From the human T2T-CHM13v2.0 reference genome, Homo sapiens: DNA of 64,000 bases. Shown piece by piece: positions 17,126 to 33,100 of the stretch. The notes under the pieces were generated by a model. That model did not search any database and was not told the origin of the DNA. It saw only the letters and a program-made list of their open reading frames with translations. A program made the position numbers and the translations under genes. Numbering within the stretch: position 1 is the first letter of the stretch; each line of letters starts with the position of its first letter. The stretch is taken from assembly GCF_009914755.1 (NCBI RefSeq), contig NC_060926.1; one strand, 5' to 3'.

Positions 17126-19361
17126 TGCATGTCCCTCCATCCTCATGTCCTCTCAGCCTATGTGCTTGGTTACACAGCTTGACCTAGACTGAAAAGCCTC
17201 CTCCCCTTCCAGGCATGGTTTGGAGGCTCCTTCTCCAGAAGCTCTCCCTGAGGCCTCTAGACCCATGAGCTCCTCTGCACCTTGGGGCACACTGTACACT
17301 GCCTTTTATAACCTCCTTCATGCCCACCAAACCATGACTCCTTGAGGGCAGCATCTAAGTCTTTTCATTTCTGGAACCGGACTGCTGGAGATAGAGATTT
17401 GAAAGTAATCTGAAGTTGGCAGGAATTGCCTTACGAAAGCTGAGATAAGGATGAGGGAGGGGCCCCAAGGACAAAGCCCCCTGCATGCACCAGGATTTCT
17501 GACCCAATACAGTGGTGAGAAGAGGTCTTTCCAGATCTTTCCAGATATAATCATTGCTCTCTATTCTGAAAGTCGTAGGGAAGGCTTACTTTGTCAAAGA
17601 GGAAAACAGCTATATGGAGACAAGAAAAAAACAGCAGGAGTTCTGGGCCTTTGATGCTGTGACCCCCTCCCTTCCCTTCCATCCTTGCTCTCTGAGACCT
17701 TGGCTCTACAAGCCTTTTAACCAGAGAGAGGAGTCTCAGATGAGCCAGCAACGTGAGGAGAGAAACCTCCTTCTACGGTTCTGCAGAGTCTTTCTTTCTC
17801 TCCATGGATGTATGAACAATTCAACAGCACATGATAAAAGTGAAGGGAGGGGAGAGCCACATTAATTTCCTTGAGGCAAATGATAAGCTGGCAGAATTGG
17901 CTCCATGGAAGGAGATAAAAGCTCCAAACACGGCTGAATGACTCTTGGGATTCGAGCCTGGTACGGATGCAAATTAAAATAAAAACTATATAAACAGCAG
18001 CACAATCGCACCATTCAGGACTCCTTCATTAGCAGCCAGCTCTCCAGTGCCACTACCCGCAAAGACAACTTCCCTTTCTTCTTCCTTCTAACTAATTTCC
18101 AAGCTGGTCAACAAAAGGATGCTAAGGACAAAAGCAGTTATAATTGATGAGGCTTTGGGGAGAGGGTTGTTGGGGAGATTCATTTTATGTGTGCAAATCA
18201 AAAAGCAAATGTGATGTGTCAGACCAGCTGAGGACAGGCCTCCTGCTGAGGTACCAAGTTCCTCCTCTCAAAGCTCAGGGCCGCTCGGGCTAATAACCCA
18301 ACGGTCACATCCACTAATTCAGGCCTCCTGGTGCCCAATAGAGCCAACTTCCCAAAATGCTGCCTTGTATAGGGGGACCCCGTTTGATAGCCAGGCCCAC
18401 GATGCAATGACACACTGCCATAAAGTACAATAAAGAGTACCCACCTCTACTCTTCATGGCAGAGGACAAAGTTCATCCATTGTATTATCATGAAGCATCA
18501 TTACGTTGGGCAGTCATTTGGTTAAGGAGACACGGTTTCCCCAAGTTCACCTCTTGTTGAATGTTCAGACTCCAGGAAGGACACTCTGCTCACAAACTAC
18601 AGGTTTCTCTCATTTTCTTGCCATTTGGTCAGCATTCCCAGTCACCCCCAGCTGCCTCTCCAGGCACCTCTTCAAATCACAGAGCGTTCCCCCATGTCTT
18701 TCATCCACATGACCTGCTCTCTAGCCACGAAGATTTCTTGGCTGTTTCAGGCTCCTCCCCCAGCTTGAAATTCTCCCCTATTTTCCCACTATCCATCCCC
18801 TAAGCCTCATAAGCCTCAGTTCTCTCCCTTTAAAATGGGGTAATAATCCCTGCTCTACTCCTCTCATGGGCTATTGGGAGACTCAAATGAAATGAGAGAC
18901 ACAAAAGCAACCATACATGGCATAAATATGTTGACAGAAATGTCTTAACTGAGGCAATAGCACTGCACCATTTAGTGACTGCCAAAAATCTCTATTGTAA
19001 AATGAGAGAATTTTTTTTGCAATGAACAGAACAAATTAAGATCCTTACATGCCAACTACCAACATGAACTTTCAGCATTTAAACATTTTGAAAACCAAAA
19101 CAGCCAAAGCGAGCCATGCCCCACCTTGGCCCTTCAAGGCCTGCCCCAGGGGATCTCACCCGCGCATGCCTGCTAGTCGCCCTCCACCTCACCCAGGTTA
19201 CAGCTTTCAGCTGTGCTGCTCTGACATCAGGTGAAAGGGCTGGTGCCTGGGAGAGGAAAAGACCAAAGAGAATAGTGAGGGTGCGAGGATTTCTTTTCTC
19301 TGATTGTGAATGTTGCATTGCTTTGCCCCATAGAGAAAATTCTATCATTTAAGAAAAGGAC

Positions 19362-19788
<427 letters not shown>

Positions 19789-20034
19789 TCAAATGATTGC
19801 CCTTTCCACCCACTCCCCACCCAGCTGAGTGGTCCCTAAGCTGCATGGCTGTTCTCTCATTTTCTCAGGTGATAAGAATAAGAGAGGTGTTATCTGCCAT
19901 GAACAGCCACTGGCTTTAGGGGCTGATGGTTAACAACACATGACCTAGCACTCTTCCTCAACACCTGCAAGTCCTGGTTGCATCAGCTTACACAATGCTG
20001 TTGAAAAGACAACGTGGGTAGATAACAACTCAGG

Positions 20035-20188
20035 TCTTAAAGGTCTTTTCCAAATTATACTCACTTAGTTTCCTGGCGTTGCCATAACAAATTAACAAAC
20101 TGGGTGGCGGATCTTAAAGATCTTTTCCAAATTATACTCTCCTAGTTTCGTGGCGTTGCCATAACAAATTAACAAACTGGGTGGCGGA
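20035..20188. repeat. 77-bp tandem duplication
   Basis: 20035-20111 vs 20112-20188, about 4 mismatches. Confidence 0.9.
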
Positions 20189-20588
20189 AAACAACAGAAA
20201 CTTATTCTCTCATTTGGTGGAGGCCAGAAGTCCAAAGTGAAGGTGTTGTCAGGGCTGGCTCCTTCTGTAGGCTCTGAGGGAGAACATGTTCCATGCCTCT
20301 CTCTTAGCTTCTGGTGGCTGCTGGCCATCTTTGCTGTACCTTGGCTTGTGGTGCTCATCAATTCCTGACTCCATCTTCACATAACCTTTTCCTCTGGGTC
20401 TGTGTGTCCTCTCCTCTTCTTCAGGTGTCCTTGGATCTACGGTGCCCGGCTAAATCCTGGATGATTTGACCTCAAGATCCTTACATTACATTTGCAAAGA
20501 ACTTTTTATCCAAAGGAAGTTACCTCCATAGGTTCCAGGGGTTAGGACTTAGACATACTTTTGTGGGGGGATGCGTTCAACCCACTAC
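20135..20588 (-). mobile_element. MLT1 (MaLR) solo LTR
   Basis: ccataacaaatt...aaacaacagaaacttattctctc...ggaggccagaagtcc...ttcaacccactaca. Confidence 0.8.
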
Positions 20589-21189
20589 ATCACTCAAGCA
20601 AAGGGGAAGGGAGAAGACCAGGAAACCACACTGAACCCCTACTGAAACCTGTTGAGAATTCATGGGACAAGGTGGGGACTGGAGTTATTCAGCCAAATTA
20701 TGGTATGAAGGGCAATAGGGGTGCTGAAGGGGCCTTCAACATTGCTATAGTAGGGAAAAGGGGGCATTAGCTTGGGATCTGAAACCCACGGAGGACACCA
20801 GGTGGCTGGAATGACAAAATCACGTTGTATGAGCCCCGTCATCAATATGTCTGTTCCTGCTCACCTCCCCTTCCTCTCACTTACCCCTACTGAGTGAGCT
20901 ATGGATAACCCAGAGCACTTTACCCTCCTGGGGGTGTGAACAAGGCAGCAGCCTGGCTGAGCCCCAGGAAACTCTCCCAGTGGCCTTTTCTGTCCAGGAC
21001 TTTGCTGTCCCGCTTTGTGAAGGTCAGCTAACTCTGTCCACTCTGAGACTGCTCAAGTGAGTGCACTTCCACAACTGGTGTATTAATACAGGATTTGGCA
21101 CTTCACTTTCTTCTGCTGCTGTTAATGTTTACATTGTAGAAGGAAGAGGAAAAACCCTCAGTTAACAAAAGATCAGAAAAAGGTACACC

Positions 21190-21485
21190 AGTCTGGGCAG
21201 GGTGACTCACAACTGTAAACCCAGCACTCTGGGAGGTCGCAGAGGATTGTTTGAGACCAGGAGTTCAAGACCAGCCTGGCCAACATAGTGAGAATCCGTC
21301 TCTACCAAAGAAAAAAAATTTAGCGTGTCATGGTGGTGCACACCTGAAGTTCAAACTACTCTGGAGTTGAGGTGGGAGGATCACTTGAGCCCAGGAAGTC
21401 GAGGCTGAGGTAAGCCAAGATCATGCCACTGCACTGTAGCTTGAGTGACAGAGTGAGATCCTGTCTTGAAAACAAAAACAAAAAA
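21190..21485 (+). mobile_element. AluJ, degenerate
   Basis: Dimer; aaggYacacca on both sides. Confidence 0.85.
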
Positions 21486-22435
21486 GATTCTTAAAAGAAG
21501 AAGGCACACCAGGCACAAAAAGTTATACTCTCTGAGAAAGAGATTTAAAAAAGTATTGAATGAATAACTATTTCCAAGTTTCAAAGGAAGTGTTCCTGAA
21601 GTTCTTAATGTTATCTCCCTCCAATAAATCGTTGCCAATTGTGTAAATAAACAGAACAGCTTTTTATTTCCAGCTTATAGTTATAGTTACCAAGAAAACT
21701 TCTGAGGCCAGAGGTGGCAGGCCTTTGGTCAAAGCCAACACTATAACATATGTTTTGTTTTTCAGGTTTAGAGTCCATTAACAGTTGAAAATCAAACTTT
21801 TCCCTCACAGTGCTAGAAAGAAGAAGTCTGGTGAATGTAATCTGAGAAAGTTCTCTGGATGACTTGAGGGACTGAACTTTTACATTCATCATTTAGCAGG
21901 TATTTATTGTTGAGTGTGTATCTTGAGTCGATCCCTCTGCTAGATGCTATGTATACAGCCATGCACAGCAATTCAAACATGGCCCTACCTTCAGGGCGCT
22001 TTCTTGAGGGGTAGAGGGAAAGAAGGAAGGGAGACATTAAACTGATGATCACACAAATAATTATAGTTGATCTAAATGCTACAAACCAATGATATGGGGT
22101 ATCATGGAGGCATATAACTGCACACCTAACAGATGATCAAATGGAAACACAGGACGTAGGTACTTTGCTCCCAATAATAAAGTCTTCAGGGGGCCTCCCC
22201 CAAAGGATTTGCACACATTCTCTCTCCCATCTCTCTCAAAAATGGTGGATAGAGCTCCCTGCCTCTCCAGAAGCCAAAACTACTTGAAGCAAATCTTCAG
22301 ACAGGATTTGGGGCTATGTGCCCAGGTGACCCCTGAAGGGATCCTAGAACCCCCTGGGGTGAGAGAAAGATGCTCTTGGAAAAAGGAATGCAGCAGAAGC
22401 AAGTCCCCAGGGCTGAGATTAGAAAATAAGGTTCT

Positions 22436-24220
<1,785 letters not shown>

Positions 24221-24237
24221 GAAAATAAGACTCTAGA

Positions 24238-24410
24238 TTGGGGGTTGACAACTATGGCCTGTGTGTCAAATCCAGCCTGCTGCCTGTTTTTGTAAATAAA
24301 GTTTTATTGGAACACAACCACACTGATTCATTTCATTATTGTCTATGACTGCTTTTGCACTCAAATATTACTGCTGAGTAGTAGCAGCAGGGTCTGTATA
24401 ATCCACAAAG
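24238..24410 (+). mobile_element. MER58A-like (hAT-Charlie)
   Basis: caactatggcc...aaatccagcctgctgcctgtttttgtaaataaagttttattggaacac. Confidence 0.75.
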
Positions 24411-24814
24411 CTTTCTGAAATTCCTGTCTACCCTGCATGAGGGTGTCAGTGACTGGTCATTGTGGCATTCTCCACATTTCTGCTCTTAATATTCTCCGTT
24501 GGAAAACCTGAAATGTTTCCCAATTGCCCACTGGTCTGTCACTCAGTCCACAGACTGGGCTTAGCCTTACATGTCACAATTCTAATTCATGTGCTCTAAA
24601 GTTGCTATGTTGACTACAGTAGTCACTAGATACGTGGCTATTTAAATTTAAAGTAATCACATCTGGCCTTTTAAAAAGAGAACTTTGCCAACTCCCACTT
24701 TAGATTCTTCTGGGCTCTTACCACCACACCAGAATGACTTAACACCTTTACCTGGATTGCTTTGGAAGGAAGAAGGTAAACACAGAAAGTTAATTTGCTA
24801 ACAACATCAGAGTT

Positions 24815-25128
<314 letters not shown>

Positions 25129-25902
25129 TCACTCATAAGCACCTACTGTAATCCAGGCTCTGTTTTGAAAATAGTGCATTTAGTCCTCACATCAACTTCA
25201 TGAGGCAGGAATCATCATCCTCATTTTACAAGTCAGAAAATGGAGACTCCAAGATGTAAAGTGCCAAAGTTTAAATTCATATTTGAACTTGGATCTGTCT
25301 GCCTGTGTGCTTCATCACTGCATCCAACTTCCTGCACCATCTCTGCTTAAACATTTGTACACATTTGTATGGAATTAATGGGAAGAATTCTATCACTTTA
25401 AATAAAGCAATGATCAGTAGAAACTAAATCAAGTGAATATATCCTGCATATCAGACAGTATCAGGCTGCCCTTGTAGCCCGATGTCACTGTATTGATTTC
25501 CTGAAGGCTTGAAATGCTGGACGTTCAGTCACTGTTGGGTTTGAATTTTTGAATTCTTGTAGTTGTGTGCTGCAGTAAGGGTGTGGTGTGGGGGTGGGGG
25601 AAAGTTTGCTGAATTACAAGACCATCAAAGACCTAGTTACTCCCTGCCTGTCTATTATTACCCCAACAACCACATTACAAACATTCATGCTTCTCATTCA
25701 GAAGAGGGAACCAGGATTGTGAGGCAGTTTTGGAAACCATATCAACAAAACACAGTTACAAAACCAGGGTATGTTTAATTCAAACAAGAGAAGACCTGTT
25801 AGAAGCATGCTAGCTGGGTATTATGCCAGCAGAAAGCCCTGTCATATCAAGAAGGGAGCAGCCTTCAGTGTGTTCTCTCAGAGGTAAGAATGAAGACCCA
25901 CA

Positions 25903-26259
25903 CAGATGTTCCAATTTACAATGGTTCGACTTACCATTTTTGACTATGATGCAAAAGCGATATGCATTTGGTTCAAACTGTATGTCAAGTACCCATATAC
26001 CCATTCTGTTTTTCACTTTCAGTACAGTGGTCAATAAACTACATGAGATATTCAACACTTTATTATTATAAATAGGCTTTGTGTTAGATGATTTTGCCCA
26101 AATGTTGGCTCATGTAAGTGTTCTGAGCATGTTTAAAGTAGGCTAGGCTAGGCTGTGATGTTAGGTAGGTTGGTTGTATTAAGTGCATTTTTTACTTACG
26201 ATATTTTCAACTTGCAATGGGTTGAACACATATCCCCATTGTAAGTCAAGGAGCATCGG
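25903..26259 (-). mobile_element. TcMar-Tigger MITE (MER47A-like)
   Basis: Inverted ends cagatgttccaatttacaatgg / ccattgtaagtcaaggagcatc; internal gtaggctaggcta block. Confidence 0.75.
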
Positions 26260-26711
26260 CAATTGGAAGTAAAACAGGCCAATTTTGGCTCAAAAGTTGA
26301 AAGGATATTCCAACAATTGGAAATATCAAAAAATAAAATGAGCTTCTGAGGGGAAGAGCCCATGGAACTCTAGAGGTATCCAAGCAAGACATTTGTCACG
26401 ATGCCGTGGTATGGATTTCTGAAATGCTTGAAATCCTAGACTAGTTCACTGCTAATCCAAAAGCCCTAGTCCCTCCAATCCAAAGAGCCCACAGTTCTAT
26501 AAACAAAGAGACTTGCCTAAGGATCACACCGGGAAAGTCAGTGCCCTGAATCAAATTTGTCCTTCCTAAGTCTTTCCATGTCCTAATCACCTCTCAAATA
26601 AATATCACAACCGAAAGCCAGTGCCCATTTCCAACCAAACCCCAGCCACCTTGGGTTATAATCCAGGACTAACTGAGTAATTTTTGAAATAAACATAAGA
26701 AATATCTTTCA

Positions 26712-27027
26712 GGCTGAGTGCAGTGGCTCATGCCTGTAATCCCAATACTTTGGGAGGCCAACACAGGCAGATCACTTGAGCTCAGGAGTTTGAGACCAGC
26801 CTGGGCAACATGGCGAAAACCTGTCTCATAAAATACAAAAATTAGTTCAGGTGTGGTGGCACAAACCTGTAGTTCCAGCTACTCTGGAGGCTAAGGCAAG
26901 AGGATCGCTTGAGCCCAGGAGGCAGAGATTAGAATCCAAGATCATGCCACTGCACTCCAGCCCAGGTGACGGAGCAAGACCCTGTCTCCAAAACAAAACA
27001 AAACAAAACAAAAACAAACAAAAAAAA
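26712..27027 (+). mobile_element. AluJ with (CAAAA)n tail
   Basis: Dimer. Confidence 0.9.
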
Positions 27028-28541
27028 CCTTTCAGTTTGTCAGGTGAAACAGTAAGGTCTCTGGCTTTGGAATAGGCAGCAAGAAGTGAGTGATCAAAAT
27101 AATAACATTAACTAACATTTCCATTATGCTTTGCCATTTACAAAGAGATCCATGATTCAGTTGATCTCCACAACGGCCCTGGAAAGGAAACAAGACATGT
27201 TAGATGTTAGCCATTATCATCCATTTGTAGAGTAAAAGGTGGCCTGGTTCCCCACAATTGCAAAGCTAATACATTGTGACATTGTGACTCAAACCCAAAC
27301 TTCTACCTTCAAATGGCTGAAGACCTAATGAGTGACACCTTGAAGACAGTAGGGGTCACGTTGGTGGACACCATTTTGATCACTGCACTGCAGAGACCAG
27401 CTAAGAGTTCAGAATTTTTACTTCAAATTTGTTTGCAGTCTTTGTAATGCAGGCGGTCATTTGAACACATGAACCTTGGCAAAAGTGAATGTATTGCTGA
27501 GAACATCATGCAGTTAGAGTATGCACGTTTTATGAGACTAGTGCTTAAAATATTAGAATGTGTTTCACATCTTGAGGATGCATTCAGATTGAGAGGCTAG
27601 ATACTCCAAGAGATAATTATCAAGATTCATGCCATTTAAATAGAGGTTGTCTTTACTGTTTATTGCTCACATCGGTGGTATTGAATTTCATATCCTGTTT
27701 TCCCATAAGGTCTGGACTGAATCATCTCCTCTTCTGTCACAACACTTGCCTTTGGAGGCTCCCAGAAGGGAAACAAGAAACAATGAGCAAATGATAGGTA
27801 GCCTATGTGCTGATTAGAGGCTGTTTGCATACTGTCACCTGCAGAAAGCCTTCAGTGTTCCTGGGGTTCTATTAGGGTGATTAATGGGCCTGTGAATAAT
27901 TGGAGATAGCCATCTTTGCTTCTAAAACTGAAAAACATCCCTCATCAGAAACACGTCTGCCAGCATTTAAGGCAGTCAAAGCTTTGGGGTAAAGAATTGT
28001 TCAAATGGCTATAGGGTAGGTAAGGGGAGATAATTCCAGGCAGGGGAGCCATTTGAGTAAAGGCAGGAAGGCATGAAAACGGAAGGCCTTTTCTACTTAA
28101 CCAGAGCACAGAACATGTACAGGAGAGCATCACAAGGCTGAATGGAAAACCAGTTCTTGTGGTCATTGATGACTAAAATAATAAATGTCTTTAGAAAAAG
28201 CGACACTAAGAAATGCATGTTTTGTGTTAAAAATTCTGCTCTAGAGCTTTATAAATAATTTTAAAGCTTCTGGTGCTCAGTGTTCTCCTTTGAGGAATAC
28301 GGGTTTATGTGGTTCATCTCCCTTAGTCCCCACTGCAGCTAGGGGAAAAGTGGGATGCTCTCATCCCATCTCACCACTGAACATGGAGCCACTGCTTGGG
28401 CTAAATCCGTCTTTTACAAATTTTTTCCCCTACTTATCTTCTCACACAGTATGGACTCTCCAAATGGGTCAATTAAAGATGATAAATGCACAGCTCTTAC
28501 TTCCCTACTCCAAACTGTTATTGGCTGCTGAATGACTGTAC

Positions 28542-28729
28542 CAGTGGTTCCCAAAGAGTGGTCCTTGGGCCGTCATCACCTGGGGACTTGTTAGAAATGC
28601 AAATTCTTGGTGGGGCATGGTGGCTCCCGCCTGTAATCCCAGAACTTTGAGAGGTCGAGGTGGGCACATTGCTTGAGCCCAGGATTTGGGAAACCAGCCT
28701 GGCCAACATGGCAAAACCCTGTCTCTACA

Positions 28730-28766
<37 letters not shown>

Positions 28767-29089
28767 CAAAAACAAACAAACAAAAAACCCACAAAAATTA
28801 GCCAGGTGTGGTGGCACACATCTGTAGTCCCAGGTACTTGGGAGGCTGAGGTGAGAGGGATCACTTGAGCCTGGGAAGCAGAGGTTACAGTGAGCTGAGA
28901 TCATGCCACTGCACTCCAGCCTGGGCGACAGAGCAAGACCCTGTCTCAAAAAAGAAAGAAATACAAATTCTTGGGCCCCACCCTGGAGCCACTGAATCAG
29001 AAGCTCTGTGGGTAGGCCCAGCAAGCTGTGTGTTAACAAGCCCTCATGTACAGGTGATTCCAGTGCACATTTAAGTTTGACAAACACTG
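28542..29089. mobile_element. MER5A split by an Alu (~28610-28960)
   Basis: cagtggttcccaaa / tttgacaaacactg ends; degenerate TSD GACTGTAC/GACTATAG; Alu flanked by aaatRcaaattcttgg. Confidence 0.8.
28733..28762. repeat. (AC)15 microsatellite in the Alu linker
   Basis: Direct count. Confidence 0.95.
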
Positions 29090-29598
29090 GACTATAGCAT
29101 TAAGTACCCTCTGGAGCTTGCCATCTGAGAGATCTTGTGTTCAGTCCTTATCGCGTCATCAGCAATATTGAGAGCATGGATGTCACAAAGAGGAACAAAC
29201 ACCATCCATCCCTTTAAAGGACTTCCAAGGAGGCCACAACATTACTCTTCCCATTCAGATCACTGAGGTTGGCCAATGCCATACTCTGCTCATACAACAT
29301 TTCTCTCCTTTCCCATCGCCCCACCTCTGTTCACTCCCGTTATGTGTGTGTCAATTATCCTAACTGCCCCATCACACTGTGATTCCGAAAGCAAGAACCA
29401 TAGTTTTTTTCTTCTTTATGTAATCTTTGTTTTCTGTGCCCATCAAACCCAGGGAAACAATTAATGGCAATACGACCGGGTCTTTGATTCCTGATTCTCC
29501 ACCCAGTCACCACTGGGTTATTAGAAGTTCAAGCTCCACACTGGGTCCCCACTATTCCCAAACATGCCCCATGACTACACTGCTCAAGAGAATTATGA

Positions 29599-30142
<544 letters not shown>

Positions 30143-30190
<48 letters not shown>
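30143..30190. repeat. (AG)24 perfect microsatellite
   Basis: Direct count. Confidence 0.95.
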
Positions 30191-30194
<4 letters not shown>

Positions 30195-33100
30195 ATGGTC
30201 CCTCACTACTTCCCCTAGTGAAAAGAGGAGACCAACAGAGCCCACTGCTGCTGGCAGCAGAGACCAAGGCCTTGTCTCCCACTGGCCTGTCGCTCACCAC
30301 GTCTCACAGCTCAGCTTTCACTTCTGTCTTTCATTGCAGAAGGGGAAGCATCTCTTTTCACCAGTGATGACAATTCCTGAGTCCTATAAGACTCCTCCCA
30401 TCTGCCAAAGAAGTCTGATATTTTCAACACCTGTGAAAAGATGGGAAAAAAAGAAATCTGGTATTTATAGCTCTGTCTGCAGATGACTGAGGCATTCTCA
30501 GAACTAGACAAGACAGTATTGAACAATACCTTCCAATGTCTTACTCCCACCAACCGTGAGCTGGTTGTTCAAGGTCAGGATAAACAGAGATGTAAATTTC
30601 TTCCACCCCACAGTAAGTTCCTTCTCCATGTAGGGTATCAGGATCATCCACTCTCTCCCCTCTTGGTGTATAATTATGAATATACATGAAATTTTTACAA
30701 TCCTAGGACTCAACTTAAGTTTCAAAGTAAATCTTAGGAGACTCTCAGAAAAAGATAAGCGCTGATGGCCTTTCCTGATGGCCTAGAGCTCCTGGAGAGG
30801 TGGATCCTCATTACATTCCTTCTCTGTGGTGCCTATCATGGCACTTTCACCATGTGAAAAAAGGGAAATGTTCGACAAGCAAATAAATGCATTATCAAAA
30901 TTTCGTCTCATCTTAGAAAATGCAAAGCAAAGCCCAGAAGAGAAGGCCCATACGGGTAGTTAGTTTTTAGGAAAAAGTGAGTAGAAGGAAAGTTGGGCAG
31001 GTCCCTGCCTGGGCAGTGCATATTCAGATGTGCAACAGGCATGTAGGGGGAAGGGAGGCTGGAGGCCTGAGGCCTGGGCAGGTGGAGAAGGGCATGTGAA
31101 GAAAATGGACATATTGGGGCTGAAAGAGGGAAACAATAATGTGGAAAAATGAGACAGGAAAAGAAAAAGAAGTCAACATGGGAAGATGCCAAATATCTAT
31201 TTTGCCAAGCCTGCAGCTAGCTCAACAGAGAGGACCAGAGTAGAGAAGTTTCAGTATAAACAAGTAAGAAAATGACCTGGGATTTCTGTACAAATGACTC
31301 TGTCCTCCAAAGACAGGCAGGGGTAAGAGTCTGTGTCACCCAAATATCTAAGAATCCACTGTGGAGGTCCTAGTCTTAGTTCTGGTCTACATTGTCTATC
31401 CTCTCTGGATCCCACAAGACTTAAGAGTATTTATCATACTTTGCCTATGAGAGTGCAGCTGCCTCCTGCTCTGGAGTATACACTTGTTCTTGGCAAGAGC
31501 AACATCTCACAATGAGTTTCCAGCCATCACAACACCTAGAAGGGTATGAGCACAGTGTAGACACTTGCTGATGGGACTGCAATCAGAGGTGAAAACCAGA
31601 AAAGTGGTGCAGACTTTTCAATCAGCCTTGCAGGAGACAGCACTAATTTTGCCACCCTAAAAACCTTTCTTCAAGCTCAAACACCTAGTCCAAAGGATAT
31701 ATCTGTCTGTTAAATATGCTCGCAGGGCTGCTCAGATGAGACAGTCAATGAAGTGCCCTTTCAAACTTAATCTAACAACTATTCTGAGTGCTCAGGATAT
31801 GTTAGGCGCTTTGACGGCACTGGGGCTACAGTGAGAAGACACACAGTCCCGATTTCTTGAAGCTCACAGTCTGTTGTGAAAGATCGCATTAAACAGGAAA
31901 TTACATGCATGATGAGGGTTGCCAAAGCATCCTTGGAAGTGCTCAGAAATTCAGAGATTTCACTTCAGAGTGGTCGATTCTTTGCTGTGGTATCATGTTG
32001 GCATCTCCTGCTTACCTCAGGGGTAATACATAAGGCAAAACAGGTCATATTTCCCCCTTGAGACTGCAGGGAAAAAGCTTAGGTTGCTCTACCAACCACC
32101 AGCTGCTTGGTAAAGCAGAAATAAGAGCAGTAGCAAACCAAGAAGTAAAGGGCCCTCGCCTTCTGATATGTATGAGGCGTCTATAACCCGGGAGGTCCTC
32201 ATACAGGCCAAAAGGTGTTTTCCCAAGTGGCAACTCTGCTTCATGTCAACTCCAGTAACACCTGGAAAACTGTGAGCGCCATCTTCCTCCACCCACCACC
32301 ATAAACAGCAAAGAAATCTGGAGTAAACAAAGAGGACCTCTGAGCAGCGGGACTCCTGTGCTTAACTTCTCAAAAAAGGAGGGCCATGTCAAAGTTCTTA
32401 CTCCTACTGTGTGAGAAATAAGGCTATGGATGAGAAGCAACAGAACATGAGGCAACAGGGAGAAATGAAAGTAGAGAGTGTGAAAGGCCCCAGGGGAATA
32501 AAAATATAGCTATTTGGGGACAGTTAGTGAAGGGGACAAAAGGCCAACTCCGTGTATCTCTACTGCCTTGCGAGTATCACCAAGCTGCAGCGTTATTGTA
32601 CAGTCTCCTGTACTGACAGTCCCAAGTCATGAAAATAAAAATATTACATGAAATATATCACATTTAAAGAAGCCAAGGCTGTATCACAAAAGTTTAAAAT
32701 CTTCAAATTTTGTACTTCAAGAGGTACAGGCTTTAGATTCTAGAAAAATATACTATTTGCAATATATCATTCCCTGAGAAGCCTAGAAAGTTAGAAAAGG
32801 AGAATGTTACCATATATAAGAACTGGCTCTTAATGCCTGCCTTATTGTGCATCTTTCCTGAGTTACTATTAAGGTAGCGATTGCCACAAATAGGGAAAAT
32901 GTCTTACGCATGAAATATTGATGGTGATTACGTAATACAGAAATTTCACAAGTATTCTGAATGTTGTATACAAAAACTCCTCTGAAGAGCTAATGTTAGG
33001 GCCTGGGGAATTCTGGTCCTGGCAACACATCAATTAAAAACCAGCAGCTACTCCCCAGGTATCAAAGGCTGCGATCCCCTTGAGGGGTTGCTGACAGCCC

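Noticed and set aside
20035-20188. Direct repeats as a CRISPR-like array
   Set aside because: Two adjacent copies, no spacers, eukaryotic LTR context
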